A stretch of 64,000 nt of DNA from the human T2T-CHM13v2.0 reference genome, Homo sapiens: assembly GCF_009914755.1 (NCBI RefSeq), contig NC_060926.1. One strand, given 5' to 3'. How positions within the stretch are numbered: the stretch's first letter is position 1; each line of letters starts with the position of its first letter. Below the pieces are notes generated by a model, which saw nothing but the letters and a program-made list of their open reading frames with translations, was not told the origin of the DNA and searched no databases. This document shows, in pieces, positions 57,800 through 64,000 of this stretch. A program made the translations under genes and the position numbers.

Positions 57800-59660
57800 G
57801 GCCGAATTAAAATTGCTCCTCGCACGCCCGTTTTTCCATTAATGAGGGTTGGGGCTTCTCCCTCACGTTCATTGACTGAATGGCTGATGGAACGAATGAA
57901 TGACTGAAGCCCAGGTGGGTAGTTAGAAGAGGCTTCGATGGAGAAGGGTCTCGAAAGACCGGAACTCTGGGCAGAAGGACAGGCCTGGGTGGGAGGAGAA
58001 GGGGGCGTTCTCGGAAGACACCAAAAGCCCCCATCCCAGAAATAACAGTGCGTGCTGGGCCGGGCACCCGGGGAGGCGGACGATGGGCGAAGGCATCGGA
58101 GGGCGCCGCCGCGGCTCGGGTGCAGTGCCCCTGCCACGAAGGGCGCAACGGAGGTGGGCGTGGGAAGGACAGCACTCAGGCTCCAAGTGGGAAGCGTGCG
58201 GAATTCGCCGGCCCCAACGCCCTAGCGGGTGGCTGGGACCCCTGGGTTCCTCCCACGTCCCTGCCTCCAGTCCCGGCGCGAACTCCAGGTGTCGCCCCCA
58301 ACTCCGGCTTAGAGCCTACGGCACCCCGAGCCTCCGAGCCTCCGTCCCCTCTTCCCCCGCCATTACAAAATACAAAAAGGACTAGAAATGAATACACACG
58401 GTCTCGGCCACCTAAGGACACCGAGCTCCGCAGAGCCTAGAGGAGCTAGGGAACCTAGCGCTCCCCTCGGGCCGGCCGCAGGCAGCAGCCCCCCTCAGCC
58501 CCAACTCCGCGGGTCCCGCCAGCTCTCCACTCCCAGGCCCCGGCGGCGTCCACCAGGCGCCCGCTGCCCCTCCCCAAGTCTCCTCCTCCGGGACCTCAGC
58601 CCTGGTGCCCTCCCCGCAGTCCCATTCCTGGTTTCCCTTCGCGGCGCCCCCTCCCCAGGTTCCCCAACCAGGCAATCCCTGCCTGGGTCCCTCCCCGGGA
58701 CCAGTCCCTGGAGACCCTGCCCGCCGCCTCTCTCGGGCTACCACTCTCCGAAACTCCATCCCTGACTCCCCTCCCCGCCACCTCCTCCCCAGGGGTCCCG
58801 GCTGGGGCCCCTCCAGGGGACCCCTCCCTGCCGCCACCTCCCGAGACACCCATTTCCCCCGCCTCTTCCCAGCCGTTCCTTTCTGGCCCCGTTCCTCAGC
58901 TCCCTCTGCCTGCTGCCCCTCTCCGGGGTCCGCTTCCCGAAGACCCCTCCCCAACGCCCCCGCCCCGCTCCCGGTTCCTGCCTCCTCCACCCCGGATCGC
59001 CTTTCCGGCGTCCTCTCCCCAGCGCCCCTTCCTGCGAACCTTAACCGGACAACCCCAGTCCAGCTCCCCCAACCCACCGCGGCGCCCAGTGCCCGGGGAT
59101 CCCTGCCCGCCGCCCCTCCCTGGGACTCCCCAACCCCGCGCCCCTCCCTGGCGCCCTCCCGCCCGCGCCGTCAGCCTTCTGGGCAGCAGCCCGGGCTGGC
59201 TCCCTCCCGGCGCGGCGCGCGCTACCTGGATCTCGTGGATGCGGCTGAAGCCGTCCCTGCAGAAGAACTCCGCCAGGTTGGCGAGGGTCCTCGGCCCCGG
59301 CATGGCGGCGAGGCTCCGGGGACCCTCGGCTCGGCCCCCTCCCGGCGGCGACCCCGGCCGCCCGGCGCCTTTGTCCTCGGCCCGCGCCCCCGCCGGGAGC
59401 CGTGCGCCCGCGGGTTGAGGCCGCCGCGGGGCCCCGCCGCCCAGGAGCCCACCCCGCTCGGGCGCCGGCCGCAGCCCGGCTCTCAGGATCCGCGCCAGCA
59501 GGGCCATGGCGCTCGTCTGCATCGGCTTGTTTGTCTGAGCAACTTTGTTTCGGGGGCTGCTCTTTGGGTTGCTGTTTCCTGCGTCTTAACTTGTCAGAGC
59601 AGTGCTTCTCCGTACTCCTGCCGCCGGGGCGTCAGTTTACACAGACCCTTATTAAAGGCT
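57800..59660. promoter_or_regulatory. CpG island over the CYP27C1 promoter, exon 1 and 5' intron 1, with a TATA-like TTTAATAA (minus strand, 59656-59649)
   Basis: Very high GC and CpG density; TATA-like element ~130 nt upstream of the first ATG. Confidence 0.85.
59226..59522 (-). CDS. CYP27C1: CYP27C1 coding exon 1 (mitochondrial presequence, MQTSAMALLARILRAGLR...FSRIHEIQ)
   Basis: ATG at 59522 with a second in-frame ATG at 59507; Arg/Ala/Leu-rich N-terminus; MPGP motif typical of mitochondrial P450s; donor CAG|GTAGCG at 59225; 297 nt, phase 0. Confidence 0.95.
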
Positions 59661-60479
59661 CCCTCCCCTGGGGCTGGGGAAAAGGCTGTGATTAGACTGC
59701 AAGAGAATGAGGCTATTATTATTTCTTCACATCATATTAATTCACACTTAAGCGTTCCTTGAAACCACCAAGTTTTAAGGTCAACCCCACTTCCAACCAT
59801 GGCCAAAAAAAGAAAAGTCTACGGGGATCTTGTAAATTATTACCGTCCTTCGAAATGACTACTGAAGGTATACTGAAGAAATCTTTGGTCTTTTTTGCAT
59901 TTTAGAAGCAGTTCTTTATGGTTTCAACTTAAATTATTGTAACTCAACTTTCAAAGGGGGGGAAAAAAGTGAGACGATTTTGCATGTAGTTCCTACTGTT
60001 GTAAAATGACCACATTATTATCTTGCCACAAGCTTTCTTAAAGACAATCACAGTCGTTTACGATGGCTTTCCTCGGGCTCATCGCTTTTATTCCGCACAC
60101 CATTGGAAGCAGTGAGGACTAGGTGAGGGTGAGCGACTTTGAGCATGGGGCGTTTATCTGGTCCCTCACAAGGACGGGTCCTGTTGCACAAGGCTTGGGG
60201 AAGAGAAGCCACCTCCATGCCGAGGCGAGGAGAGGAGTCCGCCAACCTAGACTCAGAGCCCAGTGCCTGGCTGCACAAAGAAGTGGCCGCACAGGGAGGG
60301 ATGGAGCACGGGAAAGGCCAGAGGTGTGCCATGTGGTTTCAAGGAAGGGAACTTTTTCCTAGTCAGTAGTTAAACTGCTCGCTGAGTTACATTATTTGAA
60401 GATTTCATACCGTTGGTACTCATGCATCTAAACGTAAAAAATAAGATTTTTTTCCGTTTACAACGTATTGTTACTAAGC

Positions 60480-62356
<1,877 letters not shown>

Positions 62357-63157
62357 TTGCAACTCTTAATTATAAGGCATGATAGCTGCAAAGTACTCAG
62401 TAAGACTTTGATCCTGCCTTTAGGAGGCCATAACCTATTTGAAGAATAAAACAGGTACACAAATACAAGCCAGATTACTATAAGTGTCACAAAACTGGAC
62501 TGAATATGATTGGAATTTGTGGCAAGAAGCGATCACATCTAGTTATAGGGTAGGATGGAGCAGTGCAAAAGAAAGTCCTCCTGAAGGAAGTAGCACTCAG
62601 GCAGGGATTGAGGAAAGGAGCCGTTTAGCAGGCAGAAGTGGGTGGCAACACGGCTAGCCAGCAGAGGATGAAGAATGGCACAATCGCCTTGCTCTAGGAG
62701 AGGCTTTTAAAGTTTTGCAGAGGGCTACTGGTCCTTAAGAAATCATTAAAGGACCGCATATGTAGAAGTCAATTCATTCCATTCTGGACGTGAAACTATT
62801 CAATATAGATAAACAATGATTGATGGTTGTTAAATAATCATATATTAAACTGTTCAATATAGGTAAACAATGATTTTAAAGGCAGCTGGTTCTCTATGAA
62901 GGCTAATTAAGGAAAAGACTGCAGTAAAGAAAGGAAGGAAGAGGAGAAGGAAGAATACAGAGAAAGACAGGGGGAAGAAAGATTTAAACACACATGGAGA
63001 CAGGCTTCTCTGGAGCTCCCTGCAGCTCCCCCGCTCTCCTGTGTCTTAGGATATCATCTCTGCTGATGTCTGAAGCTAGTTTCCATAATTAAATAAATAA
63101 ACAAAGATAGTAGTTCTTGAAATTTGCCTCAAGCTCTAATGATATTAAGCCTAAGGC

Positions 63158-63682
63158 TTTTTTTTTTTTAATTATACTTTAAGTTGTGGGATATATGTGC
63201 AGATTGTGCAGGTTTGTTACATAGGTATACTTGTGCCATGGTGGTTTGCTGCACCCATCAACCCATCATCTAGGTTTTATGCCCCACATGCATTAGGTAT
63301 TTGTCGTAATGCTCTCCATCTGCTTGCCCCACAACCCCCAACAGGCCCCAGTGTGTGATGTTCCCCTCCCCGTGTCCAAGTGTTCTCATTGTTCGACTCC
63401 CACTTATGAGTGAGAATATGTAGTGTTTGGTTTTCTGTTCCTATGTTAGTTTGCTGAGAATGATGGTTTCCAGCGTCATCCATGTCCCTGCAAAGGACAT
63501 GAACTCATTCTTTTTTATGGCTGCATAGTATTGCATCATGTGTAAGTGTCACATTTTCTTTATCCAACACGTCTATTATTGATGGGCATTTGGATTGGTT
63601 CCAAGTCTTTGCTATTGTAGATAGTACTGCAATAAATATATGTGTGCATGTGTCTTTATAGCAGAAGGATTTATAATCCTTT
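63158..63682 (-). mobile_element. 5'-truncated L1PA 3' end
   Basis: Poly-T plus antisense L1PA 3' UTR; TSD TTAAGCC(T/A)AAGGCT on both sides. Confidence 0.9.
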
Positions 63683-64000
63683 AAGCCAAAGGCTATTTTA
63701 GAGTGTTAGTACATTGGTATAAGTGATCGGTCTGAAACTCTGCAATAGAGCAGTATGCTGCTTTCTTACTACTGTTTTGTAGGTAATTATTATTAGTGGA
63801 AAACATATATGAACCCAGAAATAGAAAAAGTCATCCTGATTGGAAGAATTTCTTTTACTCTAATATACATATGTAATGTTACTTTGGTTTCTGAGTTTTC
63901 TATAAAAATATTGCCTTTATAATAAAATAATAAAATAATAAAAAAATAAAAATAATAAAAAATACAAGTAAATGATTGTCATAGTTGTGAGGGATTCAAT

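Noticed and set aside
58896-59225. Continuation of the 208-aa exon 1 ORF past HEIQ
   Set aside because: Read-through into intron 1; the P450 sequence resumes at 45332.
58605-59762. 385-aa Pro-rich + strand ORF and other long ORFs in the CpG island
   Set aside because: Non-ATG start, low complexity, antisense to exon 1; stop codons are rare at this GC content.

Overview
Primate genomic DNA, most likely human chr2q14.3, rich in Alu, L1 and LTR elements. It contains the complete minus-strand gene CYP27C1, a mitochondrial cytochrome P450 (all-trans-retinol 3,4-desaturase). I assembled 9 coding exons by hand between 59522 and 26178; all introns are GT-AG and phase-consistent, giving 1629 nt or 542 aa. 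The gene has a CpG-island promoter and a long repeat-derived 3' UTR. Intron 1 holds a near full-length L1PA8-like element nested in an older L1, and an Alu has reused the same target site. The most notable unexplained structures are four. (1) An intron-containing, strongly diverged NIFK paralog relic (~8.3-12 kb) with a dead acceptor, an exonic AluJ and an intronic solo HERV-E-type LTR carrying a splice donor. (2) A ~630-bp inverted duplication around a 1.95-kb spacer with a homogenised core, suggesting gene conversion or inversion. (3) A composite templated duplication in intron 8 that copies an Alu plus flank from 4.8 kb away. (4) A 55-nt antisense exon-like cassette, duplicated by that event with its splice signals intact. 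I found no CRISPR array, RNA gene or clearly new protein-coding system. Repeat subfamily names and comparisons to human NIFK and CYP27C1 proteins come from memory and need database confirmation.
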